From: Lytechinus pictus
Taxonomy: Eukaryota
Assembly (NCBI RefSeq): GCF_037042905.1
Contig: NC_087249.1
Span: 9,674,001-9,738,000, forward strand
Reading direction: 5' to 3'
Length of the DNA stretch: 64,000 bases
Shown here: positions 14,364 to 26,490 of the stretch, in pieces
Layout of the letters: each line of letters opens with the position of its first letter
How positions within the stretch are numbered: position 1 is the first letter of the stretch
The notes under the pieces: generated by a model
The model's database searches: none
What the model was told of the DNA's origin: nothing
What the model saw: only the letters and a program-made list of their open reading frames with translations
Translations under genes and position numbers: made by a program

Positions 14364-14730
14364 CTGGTGGGTGTTTCATAAAGCTGTTCGTAAGTTAAGA
14401 CCGACTTTAAGAACAACTGGTGAACATTTCTTACGCGCTAAGTAATCAGCAATGAACATATCATTTACCACAAGAAAGGATCACCAGTTGTTCTTAAAGT
14501 CACTCTTAACTTACGAACAGCTTTATGAAACGCCCCCAGGTGGGTGTTTTATGTAAGTCATGAGTGACTTTACAAACTATTACATACATGCACTACATGT
14601 ATACACCAAAATTGTTGTTGATGTTGATTTAGTATAGTGCCTGAGAAAGGATTACCAGTCGTTCGTAAAGTCGTTCGTAAAGTCGCTCGTAACTTACGAG
14701 CAGCGTTATAAATTATGAAATGCTTACCTG
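14364..14730. mobile_element. Two adjacent hairpin MITEs (Harbinger-like)
   Basis: ~55-bp IR GTTTCATAAAGCTGTTCGTAAGTTAAGA...CTGGTGA / TCACCAG...TCTTAACTTACGAACAGCTTTATGAAAC at 14364..14539, followed directly by a diverged second copy. Confidence 0.8.
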
Positions 14731-15253
14731 GTGTTTAACATATTGCTAACACAGCTTGTGTGTGGCTATGTAGGATCAAAACTATTAATATACGAGATCA
14801 GCCGAAGACAAAACATAACTAAGTGGTTGAGGAGCAAAACTAAGATTTAACATTTGTAATTTGCTTTTAATCGAAAGGAAACTTGGGAGAGATTCTTTTA
14901 ATGTTTCAAAGTAATCATGCTACATGTACATGAATGTTTTCAAGTAGGTTTTTTTTTAGTTCCTTTTCCTTTTTGATGTAATAACATTTAAATCATAAAA
15001 ATAATTGGCAATGAAAATCTGCTTTAAATCTGTACATGTACTTCTTCAAACAGACCAATGATCTGTTAAATTAAAACCACATGTTTATCATTTCCCGTAT
15101 ATACATGTAGTAGTATCTAATTTTCAACCTTCAGCAAATGTATAGGTTTACTCATGAAGAGCAGCTGTAATGTGTCCCCTTCAAATCTCCCTAAAACCAA
15201 CCCTTAGTTTCCTAGCATTCTTATTCACCTGCACATTTCCATTTTTTTTTCAG

Positions 15254-15406
15254 ATTCCAGCTACTGTAACAAGGATACTACTGAACCACTTCAAATGGGA
15301 CAAGGAGAAACTAATGGAGAGGCTTTATGGAGGGGACCCTGATGCAGTATTTACAGAAGCACACGTAATCAGTCCATATAGGAAAACACACGCTAAACAA
15401 CCAAAG
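15254..15406 (+). CDS. ARIH1: ARIH1 exon 2 (UBA-like region)
   Basis: T-tract plus CAG acceptor; IPATVTRILLNHFKWDKEKLMERLY...; donor GTACAT. Confidence 0.95.
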
Positions 15407-15798
15407 GTACATTGATCAAGTATGCAATAACATCTTTAGCCTAGCTCACACCTATGCGTTTTGGGCTTGCGTCAAACGCAACACAAAACGTCCACAACTG
15501 GACATCATAAAAATGCATACATGTACGAGCAAAGACGAGTGGTGATGAGCAAATGCGAGCAATGACATGCATGGACGAGCAAGGACGCACGAGTATGAGC
15601 ATCAATGGGCAACAGCGAGCGGCTTGCGCTTGCAAGCATTAGTGCAATTTTAGTGCTCAATTTTATACCTTAGTAGCTTGCATCACCTCACTTTACTGCG
15701 TGCAACTTTGTACGAGCTCCGATGAGCTTGTAGGCAAAGGTGTGAATGCAACGGAATATTTTGTTGTGTAGAAAGCTTCTTTTTGCTGCATATTGCTG

Positions 15799-16515
15799 TT
15801 TTTGTCTCGCCTGCATTATTAGCAGAGCGAGACTGCGCTGCTTTTCCAACAGCGGCGATGGCGGCGTCGTCGTCAACATTGAAATCTTAACCAAGGTTAA
15901 GTTTTTTGAAAAGTCATCATAGCTTAGAAAGTATATGGACCTAGTTCATGAAACTTGGACATATGGGTAATCAAGTATTACTAAACATTCAGCTTGACTT
16001 TCAGGTCACATGACCAAGGTCAAAGGTAATTTAGGGTCAATGAACTTTGACCATGTTGGAGGATTTTTGAAAAGTCATCATAACTTAGAAAGTATATGGA
16101 CCTAGTTCATGAAACATAGACATAAGGGTAATAGTGTATCACTAAAGATCCTGCCTGAGTTTCAGGTCACATTACCAAGGTCAAAGGTCACTTATGGTCA
16201 ATGAACTTTGGCAATGTTGGGGGAATTTGTGGGATTGTCGTCATAACTTGAAAATAATTATGGATCTACTTCATGAAAGTAAAACATAAGAGCAATTACG
16301 TATCCCTGAACATCCTGTGCGAGTTTCAAGTCACATGAACAAGGTCAAATGTCATTTAGGGTCAATGAACTTTGATAATGTTGGGGGTATTTGTGGAATT
16401 AACTGTAAAAGTTTATGGATCTAGTTCTTGAAACTTGGACATAAGAGTAACCATGTATCCCTGAATATCCTATGCACGTTTCAGGTCACATGACAAAGGT
16501 CATTAAAGGTCAATA
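15799..16515 (+). mobile_element. Helentron/HINE (pearl/Tsp-like) element with ~4 internal ~160-bp tandem repeats, 3' truncated
   Basis: T-run, GTCTCGCCTGC...GCAGAGCGAGAC 5' hairpin, GGC/GTC microsatellite, then repeated units containing TTCAGGTCACATGACCAAGGTCAAAGG. Confidence 0.75.
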
Positions 16516-16909
16516 GTTCACAAGTAGCTCACAAAAAGGTTACACATACTACCCTCAAATATCAGAATTGCTCGCCTAAAAGTCACACGCATGCGCAGTC
16601 TGGCTTTAATTAACAGCAATTCACTGAGTTCGATTTGATGGTGAATTGAATGATGTGACAGTGTGTGAACTATTCGTAAATACTGTGTTAACATGTGCCT
16701 ATGCGTAAACTGCCTCTATAGCTTAAATTTGTAATGAAGTTGTGCCGGAACAAATGAGACTCAAAGAGACTTGAGTATAAATGTATTAAGTATTTATCCA
16801 TCTATCTATCAATCTTTCTATCTGAACAAAAAAGTTACTCTCCTTTAAAAAACCCACCTAACTCTTATTTTTTATAATCTTTTTCGATCCATCCATCGAT
16901 CCATCCATT

Positions 16910-17092
16910 ATGCTGCACTCAACCCAGGTGAGGTAAATGGGTACCTGGCATGAATTTATTCCTTGAAATGCCACCGTGCTGTAAAAGGCTGCGGTGTCTA
17001 ATGCCAGGGTAATATATTCAATTGATCGCATAGGAACGCATAATTTGGCAGTGATATGTGCTATATAAGCATGTTGGTATTATTATTATTAT
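16910..17092 (+). mobile_element. SINE body and tail fragment
   Basis: GCTGCACTCAACCCAGGTGAGGTAAATGGGTACCTGGCA is shared with 19803.. and (in reverse) 22645..22683; (TAT)n tail. Confidence 0.75.
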
Positions 17093-17176
17093 AATTTATC
17101 TACACCTGTCTGTCACCACTTTCGATTTGCCAAAATTTTATTTTGTCTAAATGGTCTTTGCTGTTTTTCAATGCAG

Positions 17177-17245
17177 GTGAACACAAGGTCATCGGTTGCT
17201 GTAACAGAGTACTGTGAAATATGCTTCAGAACAGTTCTAGGATCA
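17177..17245 (+). CDS. ARIH1: ARIH1 exon 3 (start of RING1)
   Basis: TGCAG acceptor; VNTRSSVAVTEYCEICFRTVLGS; donor GTAAGT. Confidence 0.9.
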
Positions 17246-17289
17246 GTAAGTTCAACTTCAATATTCAGATCTATTATTATGTAATTGAT

Positions 17290-17870
17290 TAGTATAGCGA
17301 TCTATCCTCACGTGGGAAGACGTTCTGTTCAATCCATTGCACGAAGCCATTAGGCTGAGTGCAATGGGTTGAACACAGCCTCAACGAGAGTGGATAGGTG
17401 GCACAATGGACGAATGAAGAAATGCATCATTTGATTTATACAACAAATTTTCTAGATTTTGTTATTTCACAATAGAGAAGAAAAAAAAATAACAAAAGCA
17501 GACAGAATTAAGACATTTTTGTCGATATTTCATTTTCTCTGAAAATATTATTTTCCCCGTGTATGAAAGCAGTAAATTGTTTTTATTCTTTTGTGACCCA
17601 CTTTAATGATTCATGAATCTGAGTGCGCACAGTCAACCTTGTTGATGCGCTTACTTTGACGTGCGCAAACACACACACATACAAAATGTACGTACACACA
17701 TGTTGAGTGGTACACACTGAGGGAGAGAGCTCAACCGTGCAATAGAAAAATAAATAATGCACGGTCGCCGTGCAATGGAGAAATAAAATTTGCATGCAGC
17801 ACAAAATGGATCAAATATTAAATGGCTTTCAACCAATCAAATTACAAGAATCTTTGTATGAGTTGTATAA
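17290..17870. mobile_element. Hairpin-bearing non-autonomous element, possibly Crypton-associated
   Basis: Stem 17326..17342 / 17359..17375 around GAAGCC-ATTA-GGCTGA; the minus-strand end reads TTATACAAC...TTGATTGGTT. Confidence 0.45.
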
Positions 17871-18422
17871 TTTAATTTCAATTTATAATATATTTCATTT
17901 GAAAATCACCTTGTAACAATTCATGAACATATATTTCATATTAGCAAATTGTACATATCCCATTGCAAATGTATGAAACATCTTTCACATTAAATAAATG
18001 TTTGATATCAAACAATTTAGGAAAAAGGGGAAGTTATACAAAAATGACTTTGTAAGATATATTTTATTTACTCAGTCAAGTGTAGTATAGTGTGGCCGCT
18101 GATTTGTACTGAAAATTGATTTAGGAAATTTAATAATGTCTTTGTAATATCAATAAGTGTAACAGGTGAATGTGACAGTGTATATATGATTAATACCCCT
18201 TTCTCATTTTTCATGTGGCCGATGTGGGTAACACCCAGCTGAGAATGACTTTTTATGATCTAGTGAGTGAGCTTCCTCTAGTTAGGCTCTTTTTCTGCTG
18301 TTATTACATTTTATAGCACTTGACAAAATCACAATTACCGTGTGGGTATGATGTATCGTTGTATGGGTATTACTTGTGGTAGAATACGTTGGTCCCACCC
18401 AAATGACCTGCGATGTTTCCAT

Positions 18423-18588
18423 AACTTCCAGGGTATTCGTGTAGATTTTACCCTTGATCTCCCCATAATTTCACCAGTGACACTTTCAGAAGGGCCTTCT
18501 GAAAGTGTCACTGGTGAAATTATGAAAGTGTCACTGGTGAAATTATGGGGAGATCAAGGGTAAAATCTACACGAATACCCTGGAAGTT
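18423..18588. repeat. Perfect palindrome with 71-bp arms and 1-nt spacer, plus a 23-bp tandem duplication in the right arm
   Basis: Base-by-base comparison; duplication at 18501..18523 / 18524..18546. Confidence 0.95.
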
Positions 18589-18907
18589 CTGGCAAAATTT
18601 ATCCATGTTACATCCTTATAACTATTGCTCATTAAATAAGTGTGGATGAAGATTAGCCTTGTTGAACTCACTTCACTATTCACTTTTTTTCAGGTGCTTT
18701 CACACAAGCCTGATTACAAAAATACTTGGTAGTTTTCACATCTCAAAGCAAAGTGATTGTAAATATTCCCATTAGAAAACACAAAAAAAAATGTTTGTAC
18801 TGTACATGTTCATGTACTTGCACAAGGATTTATACAAGTAAGGATTTTTCGCAAGAATTGTTAGTTTTGGCGAGAAGACTATGCATGCTTTGTGTGGAAA
18901 TTCTTTG

Positions 18908-19900
18908 GGGGTGTCGTGGTCTTGTTGTTACGACTCTTGTCTTTCAATCAGAGGGACGTGGTTTTGAATCCCAGCCATGGCATGTTTTCCTTCATCAAGA
19001 AATTTACCCACATTGTACATTGTTCTGCACTCAACCTAGGGACAGTGATTTTCCGTTTAAAAAAATTGCCTTTTCCGTTTCAGAAAATCTCAAATTCCGT
19101 TTCAGCATGTCTGAAAACGGAAATTCCGTTTCCCCATAGACTTTGTGTACATGAAAAAGTGACAATTCCGTTTACATAGAAACCAATACGCAATGAGTAG
19201 CGCGATGTCAAAATGCTAGCGCTGGTCAAAATTTGCATCTACCAATGTACTAACATCGCTTTAAAATCCATTTTAATCGAAGAGATTCGAGCTAAAAAAC
19301 TATTTAGAGAAACATAATCAACATTAATACATCCTCACCTTTTATATTATTAGCATTATTTTATGGTTACATGGGATTTTATTGCTGATTTGGGGACTTT
19401 TCGGACATCGTTTTGAGCAGTCTACAACTTCCGCCTATCCGCCATTTTGGATTTGTTGAATCACCGTGATCATTGTATTATGACCGAACGCAGAGGGCAG
19501 CAACACACGGCCGTATTCTGCCTAACTAATTTAGGTACGATCGAGTGATGGAGGGGCTCGAGTGTAGTTACGATGTGTTGATTGTCATGATTGTTGTTGC
19601 AAAGTGAGATCGTGTTTTTTCAGTTGATATTCGTATTTTGTTGAGGATTTGGGATTAATTTCTGTTGAACTTGATATTATGTGCATTTTGAGAAAAAACA
19701 AGTTTTCTGTGATTTTCCGTTTGAAAAGCCACTTTCCATTTCAAATGGCCGATTCCGTGAATTCCGTCCATTTTCCGCGATCGCGGAAAATCACTGTCCC
19801 TATCAACCCAGGTGAGGTGTATTGGTACCGGTACCTGGCAGGATTAATTCCTTGAATGCACCAAGCGCCTTTAGCAGCTGGAGCTACAGCCTGCGTAATA
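18908..19900 (+). mobile_element. tRNA-derived SINE interrupted by a DNA transposon
   Basis: A-box-like TGGTCTTGTTG and B-box-like GGTTTTGAATCCC; the body resumes at 19803 after the insertion. Confidence 0.8.
19037..19802. mobile_element. hAT-like non-autonomous element, 19-bp perfect TIR, 6-bp TSD TCAACC
   Basis: TAGGGACAGTGATTTTCCG / CGGAAAATCACTGTCCCTA; subterminal TTCCG repeats; empty-site sequence seen in the SINE copy at 16910. Confidence 0.9.
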
Positions 19901-20241
19901 CATAGTGCGCCATTTAATAGGCAACTAGATAATCGTTGTCTCATATTAAATGCGAGTATTGTTTCTGGCTCATCATGACTTGCATATTCGATCAGGTCGA
20001 GGCTGGCGTGAAACTGAAAGTGTGAAATCATTACCAGGTATTTTTAGGAGTGAGCAAGTTCGGATGATAGTGATGATCGGGCGGAGGTGAATTCATCTTA
20101 TTCTGCTTCATTATTTCCCTGCATACCCACTTGACATGTACATGAAGATGGTGGTAATAAACCTGATTACAGTTATGATGATTCTAATGACAAAACACAC
20201 CATGCCACATGATATGACAGGTTGTGTGGCACAGAGAGCTA

Positions 20242-20734
20242 TATGCTTTTCACACTGCACTTTTTTTCCTTAACCCCGGGATATTGGTGGGGCTAAGGGA
20301 GGGTCTTAGCCCCACCAATTTCCTGGGGTTGTTTTCACACTACGTTTTAGCAAAGTTGGCTAGCACGGCAAATAGTATGGTACTATCTGGCCCTGCAGAA
20401 GAGCAGGGTTAGCCGGCTTATTGTGATGCTAGCACCACAGTTGCGGTGCTAAGAGATGCAGTGTGAAACGAAACAGGGCTATTAAAAGGGAAAGTGGGGC
20501 TAAGCATTAGCCAATCACAGAAGTGGAAATTGCACGTTAATCGCGCTCTGTATGGTAAAATCATCAATATTCATGAGCTGTGTGATAGTCCGGGGTTAAG
20601 GCTTTAACGCCGGCTAAGCAAATAGTATGGGGTTAAGAAAGACAGTGTGAATAAAAAAAAAGATAGTATGGGGTTAAGGATAGTCCGGGGTTAAGGATAG
20701 TATGGGGTTAAGGAAATGCAGTGTGAAAAGCATA
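20242..20734. mobile_element. Harbinger-like MITE with GGGGTTAAG sub-repeats
   Basis: TIR TATGCTTTTCACACTGCA / TGCAGTGTGAAAAGCATA; related to 24277..24829. Confidence 0.85.
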
Positions 20735-21627
20735 TTAATGACTGACATTGACAACACTTGGGTAATGTGTTTGCGTGCCTTGGGGAATGATATGCATCTA
20801 CATGTACATGTATTCTAGTAGATAACATCATGAGTGGAAAGGGGTTGGGGACATACTTACATGTATGTACATGTATTACCCAGAGCTTACAGCATTACAT
20901 TGTACATGTATTCTACATACAATACAAGCCTATTATACATTATCTTTACAGTGAACCTGTATCACTGATAAATACAATGATACATGTATGGGTGTAGCTC
21001 GTAGCAGGGGTAGGGGGGGGGGGGTTCGGAGTGTTCAATTGAACCCCTTAAAATTCCCCAAAGTAGGATAAAATAGGGGAGGAAAGGGAGAAGAGAAGGA
21101 ATCAAATGCCCCTATTAAAAACCATGATTAACCTCCTGTACATTTTGTATGCAAGTATGCATCACTTTTCTGTACTAATCGTTAACTTGTCTTTGTTTTT
21201 TAAACACATTGTCTAGATTTGTAGATTTGTAGATTTGACTCCTGTAAACCTTACTGAAACAACTGAAGAGAACCAATCTATTTCACAAAATCTTTCAGTA
21301 AATAATGTTCCTTATATTATTATGAGTATTAAAGTGTACCAAAAATCTCATAAAAATTTGAAAGAAATATAGGATTTTCTTGGAAAAAACCCCGGGCAAG
21401 CATTTTCAGATTGAAAAGAAGGTACCCCCTACCTGCGCACCCATTCACTTTGCACACAATTCAAGGATTTCGATGAGAAAGGCTGCATTTTGAGGCTGTC
21501 ACATGAAATGCCCAAAATTCATTATTTTTCCACCATTTTTAGTCAGATTTTTTAATGAATATCTGTGTATATGTTGCATGTGTAAAGTCTGTGTTCGTTG
21601 CGTATATCTTCTTTTACTAGAATCGCG

Positions 21628-22197
21628 CCCTGGGGGGGGGCCACTTATATTGACGAGTGGATACCATGCGCGACCAAAAAAACACGTAAAAAGGATGTCT
21701 TTTTCAAGATAGGGCACGTTACGTACGTAAAGTAATAAGGGTGTCAAAAACAATAAAATAATGAAAAAAGGGTATCTATTTCGCTAGGAAAGCTACGTGT
21801 TTAGGGTCAAATTTGCGACTTATAAAAAATCAAGACTAAAATGTCTTATAAAGGATGTACTTTTTGCCCCAGGATCGAGTCAACACTATACGTGTTTAAA
21901 TATGATTTGCGCGAGTTGGGCTGTACAAAACCCAATGATGTAGGTAAAGGTAAAACCGACGACCAACGTCTGTGACATAACATTGAAATATCGCTGTACT
22001 TTTTTAGGGGTTCAATTCAGGGAATACTTGCCAATAGTATCGTTTTGTTTCCAATACTTGTTAAGGGTGGGGTTTCACACGCCAATACTTGTTAAGGGGT
22101 GCATTTTCAGAATATGGAAAATACGTGTTTAGGGTGCTTTTTGAGATCTCATGGTTGCGCATGGTATCCACTCGCGAATGGAAGTGGCCCCCCCGGG
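21628..22197. mobile_element. MITE with CCCGGG(G)n termini, copy 1
   Basis: TIR core CACTT..GACGAGTGGATACCATG / CATGGTATCCACTCG..AAGTG; flanked by direct repeat AATCGCG (extendable to 9 bp). Confidence 0.9.
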
Positions 22198-22494
22198 AAT
22201 CGCGCAGATATGCGTGTGCGCAGACAAGGTGAAGGGGGACTGCGCAGACTTGGCAACTTGCCATACATGCATGTAAAGCTTGGTGCTTGAACAGAGTTGG
22301 TTCATAGTTCAGCCGACCTCCATGTATTGGTCGAGGTTGTCTAAAAAGTGACTTGTGCATATACCGGTACATGTATGTGAAATGAATTCAATATGAATAT
22401 GCAGGTCTGTAGGATTTACATTTTGAGAAAGGAATTAGAATAATGTTGTTTTGTTATTAATTTTTTCATAAATATAATGACTGCAGCTTAACAA

Positions 22495-22705
22495 ATAATA
22501 ATAATAATAATCAGTTCTTGTATAGTGCATAACACATTATGAATAACGTCTCTATGCGCTTCCAAAGGACTTGGATATTTTTACCCTGGCTGTAGAGTCT
22601 CAAGCAGCCTTCAAGCGCTCAGTGCATTTCAAGGATTGAATTCCTGCCAGGTACCCATTCACCTCACCTGGGTTGAGTGCAGCACAGTGTGGATAGATTT
22701 CTTCT
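22495..22705 (-). mobile_element. SINE body and tail fragment
   Basis: Reverse complement of the 16910 SINE body; (TAA)n tail on +. Confidence 0.75.
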
Positions 22706-22933
22706 TCCACAAAGTGGATAGATTGGGGTTGGGATGGCGTCTTAAACAAAAGCTTTAGTATTCCCAGTTTTGCCAAGATGATGAAATGTGAGGGTTGGTG
22801 ATGAAAAGGCACAATACAAATTCCTGGTGAACATGCTGAGCACTCAGAATTTGTCAGCTGCTTACATATGTATGTAAAAGGCAAATTGTTGTAAAAAAAA
22901 TAGAAGTGTGTACTTGGGAATTGAGTTTGACAA

Positions 22934-23175
22934 GGGGCCCCGTCTTACAAAGAGTTGCGATTGATCTGATCAATTGCAAACCAGCAACGTCAACATCTAA
23001 AATACATGTTTGTTCAAAATATTTTCTAGAAATGACGTATATATTCATACATTCACTGTTTTCTTGACAATTCAGTATGCTTCTCTGACAATGAGCAAAT
23101 TTCCAAAAGCAAAAATATGAGATAGATTTCCATATTGATCGCATCAATCATAACTCTTTTTTAGTTGGGGGCTCT
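22934..23175. mobile_element. MITE (same family as 33386..33655)
   Basis: GTCTTACAAAGAGTTGCGATTGATC end; interior aligns in reverse with the 33386 copy. Confidence 0.75.
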
Positions 23176-23404
23176 GATTTGATAATGATTTGTCTCAGGC
23201 TTTTTGATGATCTAATTTAGACCAAATTTCCAAAATGATTGGTTTAGGTCTATTTGTTGACATTCTAGCCAAAGGCTATTCATCCTCCACATGTTCAGGT
23301 ACATTGACTTGGGCATTTATTTGGTGACTCACTTGCATTGCTTGAGGAAATATGTCCTTTACAAAGGGCTAATTATATAGCTTCAAATTTTCAAGTGCAT
23401 CTTA

Positions 23405-23552
23405 TACCTCGGTCACATTTGCTCTACGGTGGCCGTTTTATTAATTATCATTCATACCACCTACAATGTATATCTAGCTCTGGTAGAAAAATGTTAAAAG
23501 GGCTGTTTTCGACTTGCCGTACGGCCGCCGTAGAGCAAATGTGACCGCGGTA
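23405..23552. mobile_element. Small Harbinger-like MITE, TTA TSD
   Basis: ~32-bp TIR TACCTCGGTCACATTTGCTCTACGGTGGCCGT / ACGGCCGCCGTAGAGCAAATGTGACCGCGGTA. Confidence 0.85.
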
Positions 23553-24127
23553 TTAATACGCATTAAGGTTGCACAGTTGATAATGATATCTACATGTACT
23601 AGTACTTGATTATTTTTAGAGAGAGAAAACAAAATCCTCAGTACTTGTATGAGTAAAGTATTTAAGTATTTATTGTCCATAAATGGAAATTCCTCTTGTA
23701 TGCAATAATAAGAAAGACAACAGATTATATAAATCTATACCCATGTAACATGAAAAATGCAATCTACAATTGGAACATGACAATAAAAATAATATTACTT
23801 ACATAATAATTCATAGCAGTGTTTTAAAATAACATGAAAGGCATTTAGATGATTTTATTGAAATTATCTGAACTTTGGGAAATATTAAGGAAAGACAATT
23901 ATTAGACAATTATAAGATCAGTCATTCAAAAGTATCTCACAAAATAAATAATGGCCTTTTCTCTGTACAAGCATGTATCTTCATCAATTCGATTGAACAG
24001 AGCTGCCTTGTTGTGTCATTTTTTATGTGTGGGCTTTACCAATTGGGCAATAAATGTGTATTGTAACATCATGCATCAGATAGGCTTACTGGGTGATTTT
24101 GCTCATGTTTCAAATTCATGTACATGT

Positions 24128-25271
24128 CCCGGGGGGGGGGGGGGGGGGGCACTTATATTGACGAGTGGATACCATGAGCGACCAAAAAAACACGTAAAAA
24201 GGATGTCTTTTTCAAGATCGGGCACGTTACGTACGTAACGTAATAAGGGTGTCAAAACACTAAAATAATGAATAAATACCCTTTTTACACACGCTAAAAT
24301 TTCCTTAACCCCGTACTATAGGTGGGGCTAAATTGCCATTTAGCCCCACCTATAGTACGGGGTTAAGCTTAGCCCACTTTCTTTTTACACATCATTTTTG
24401 CAAAGTGGGCTAACCCCACCTTTAGTACGGGATTATTTGGCCCTGCAAAAAAGCAGGGTTATCCCAGCAATTGCGGTGCTAAGAGCGATAGTACGGGGTT
24501 AAGATCGCTAGTGTAAAACGAAAGAGGGCTAAGCTTAACCCCGTATTATAGGTGGGGCCAAATGGCAATTTGGCCCCACCTATAGTACGGGGTTAAGGAA
24601 ATTGTAGCGTGTGTAAAATGGTACGAGTGAAGTACTTGTACTACGAATGATCGACAAAAACCACTAGTCCGGGGTTAGCGAGTTTCGTGTGTGAAAAGCA
24701 AGCATTCCTTATCCGGGGTTAGCAATAACAATTTGGCATGTGTAAAAAGGATAAAAAATAGTACGGGGTTAAGGATAGTACGGGGTTAGCGATAGTCCGG
24801 GGTTAAGAAAATCCTGTGTAAAAAGGGTAAAAGAGTATCTATTTTCGCTAAGAAAGCTACGTGTTTAGGGTCAAATTTGCGAGGGTATGAAAAAAATAAG
24901 ACTAAAATGTTTTATAAAGGATGTACTTTTTGCCCCAACAGTCAACACTACGTGTTTAGAGTACGTTTTGCGCGAGGTGTGGGAGGTGGGGCCGTTAAAC
25001 CCAATGATGTAGGTAAAGGTAAAACCGACGACCGACGTCCGTGACATAATTAAAATATCGCTGTACTTGTTTAGGGGTTCAATTCAGGGAATACTTGCCA
25101 AGAGTATCGTTTTGTTTCCAATACTTGATAAGGGTAGGGTTTCACACGCCACTACTTGTTAAGGGTTGCATTTTCAGGATATGGAAAATACGTGTTTAGG
25201 GTGCTGTTCGAGACCCCATGGTCGCGCATGGTATCCACTCGTCAATTGAAGTGCCCCCCCCCCCCCCCCGG
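24128..25271. mobile_element. MITE with CCCGGG(G)n termini, copy 2, carrying a nested insertion
   Basis: Colinear with 21628..22197 except for 24277..24829; flanked by TACATGT direct repeat. Confidence 0.9.
24277..24829. mobile_element. Nested Harbinger-like MITE with internal hairpins
   Basis: 15-bp TIR TACCCTTTTTACACA, AAA flanks; perfect 30-bp stem at 24304..24367 and a mirror copy at ~24534..24597. Confidence 0.9.
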
Positions 25272-25444
25272 TACATGTATCAAGGAATTGTGAAAATTAA
25301 ATTCTTTAGTTTTCACACACTGGCCACCTGTGTGCCAAGTGAGCCAAATGTGAAATTGAAATTGAAATTCCATGAAGGCATACATATTTAGATTGAAATT
25401 AACTAAATGTTATCTGAAAAGATACCGTAGTGAGTGTGTCTTAA

Positions 25445-25838
25445 AGATAAATTCCAGTTTTGGTAACGATCTAAAAATGACTTTTTACAGAATCTAATAT
25501 AAAGACCACCCAAGTGTCTGTTTGTATGAATAAAAAATATGTGCCAAAGGATTCTGGAAGAAATTGTGTAATTGCTGAGAAATAAGCAAAATAAGCGCGG
25601 ATTCGGTCACTTCCGTCGGGTCTTTATTTTAGCAATAATAATACACTGTCCCACGTGTGCCTATCTGTGTTGGTGATCTTCAGTGTGAACATTTTTCAGC
25701 GTAGATTTCAAGATTTCACAAAGTTCAGTTTATGTAACTGTACCAGATCTAGATCCTCGATGATATACTGACAATTAAGCCTTGTTTTAGAGACTTTCTC
25801 ATGAAATCAGTGTTTACTGCAAATACTGGAATTTCTCT
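25445..25838 (+). mobile_element. TTAA-flanked Kolobok-like MITE
   Basis: TTAA|AGATAAATTCCAGT ... ACTGGAATTTCTCT|TTAA. Confidence 0.85.
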
Positions 25839-26058
25839 TTAAAGCCAAATTTTGGCCATAAACTACTGTAATTACAGTGACTGTGATGTTGGAACTTCCT
25901 TGCATTTGCAGGAAATTGTTAGCATCTTTAATAATTGTCATAGCCTAGCAGTCTGACAAAAAGATTTACGATCCCATGGAAGTATGGTTATGAGGTTAAT
26001 GTACTATTAATGAATATTAATGGCAAATGTTTGTACACTGTATTCCTTTTTGTAAGTG

Positions 26059-26490
26059 TACAGTGCACATGCAAGGGGAGAGGGTTAAGGTATTGAATTA
26101 ATAAAAATACACGTGGAACATCAAAAAATTGTACATTATTTATTACTTCTTAAATGCACTACATGTAGCCTACAGGTGGGACAGGGGGGGGGGGGGGGCT
26201 TGTGCAGTGCACATGCAAGGGGAGAGGGTTATTGAATTAATAAGTAATACATGTGGAATATTAAAAAATATTGTACATTACTTATTACTTCTTCAAGGCA
26301 CTTACAAAATTAGCCTACAGGTTGGACAAGGGGGGGGGGGGGGCATATACAGTGCACATGGAAGGGGAGAGGGTTATGATATTGAGTTAGTAAGGAAGAA
26401 TACATGTGAATATTAAAAATTGTACATTACTTATTACTTCTTCAAGGCACTTACAAAATTAGTCTACAGGTGTGACAAGTGGGAGGGGGG
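26059..26490. repeat. ~145-bp tandem repeat, 3 copies, with poly-G tracts
   Basis: CAGTGCACATG(C/G)AAGGGGAGAGGGTTA recurs at ~26061, 26205 and 26350. Confidence 0.85.

Noticed and set aside
19997..20038. Cryptic or poison mini-exon in ARIH1 intron 3 (CAG|...CAG|GTATTT with in-frame TGA)
   Set aside because: Weak polypyrimidine tract and donor; no support without transcript data
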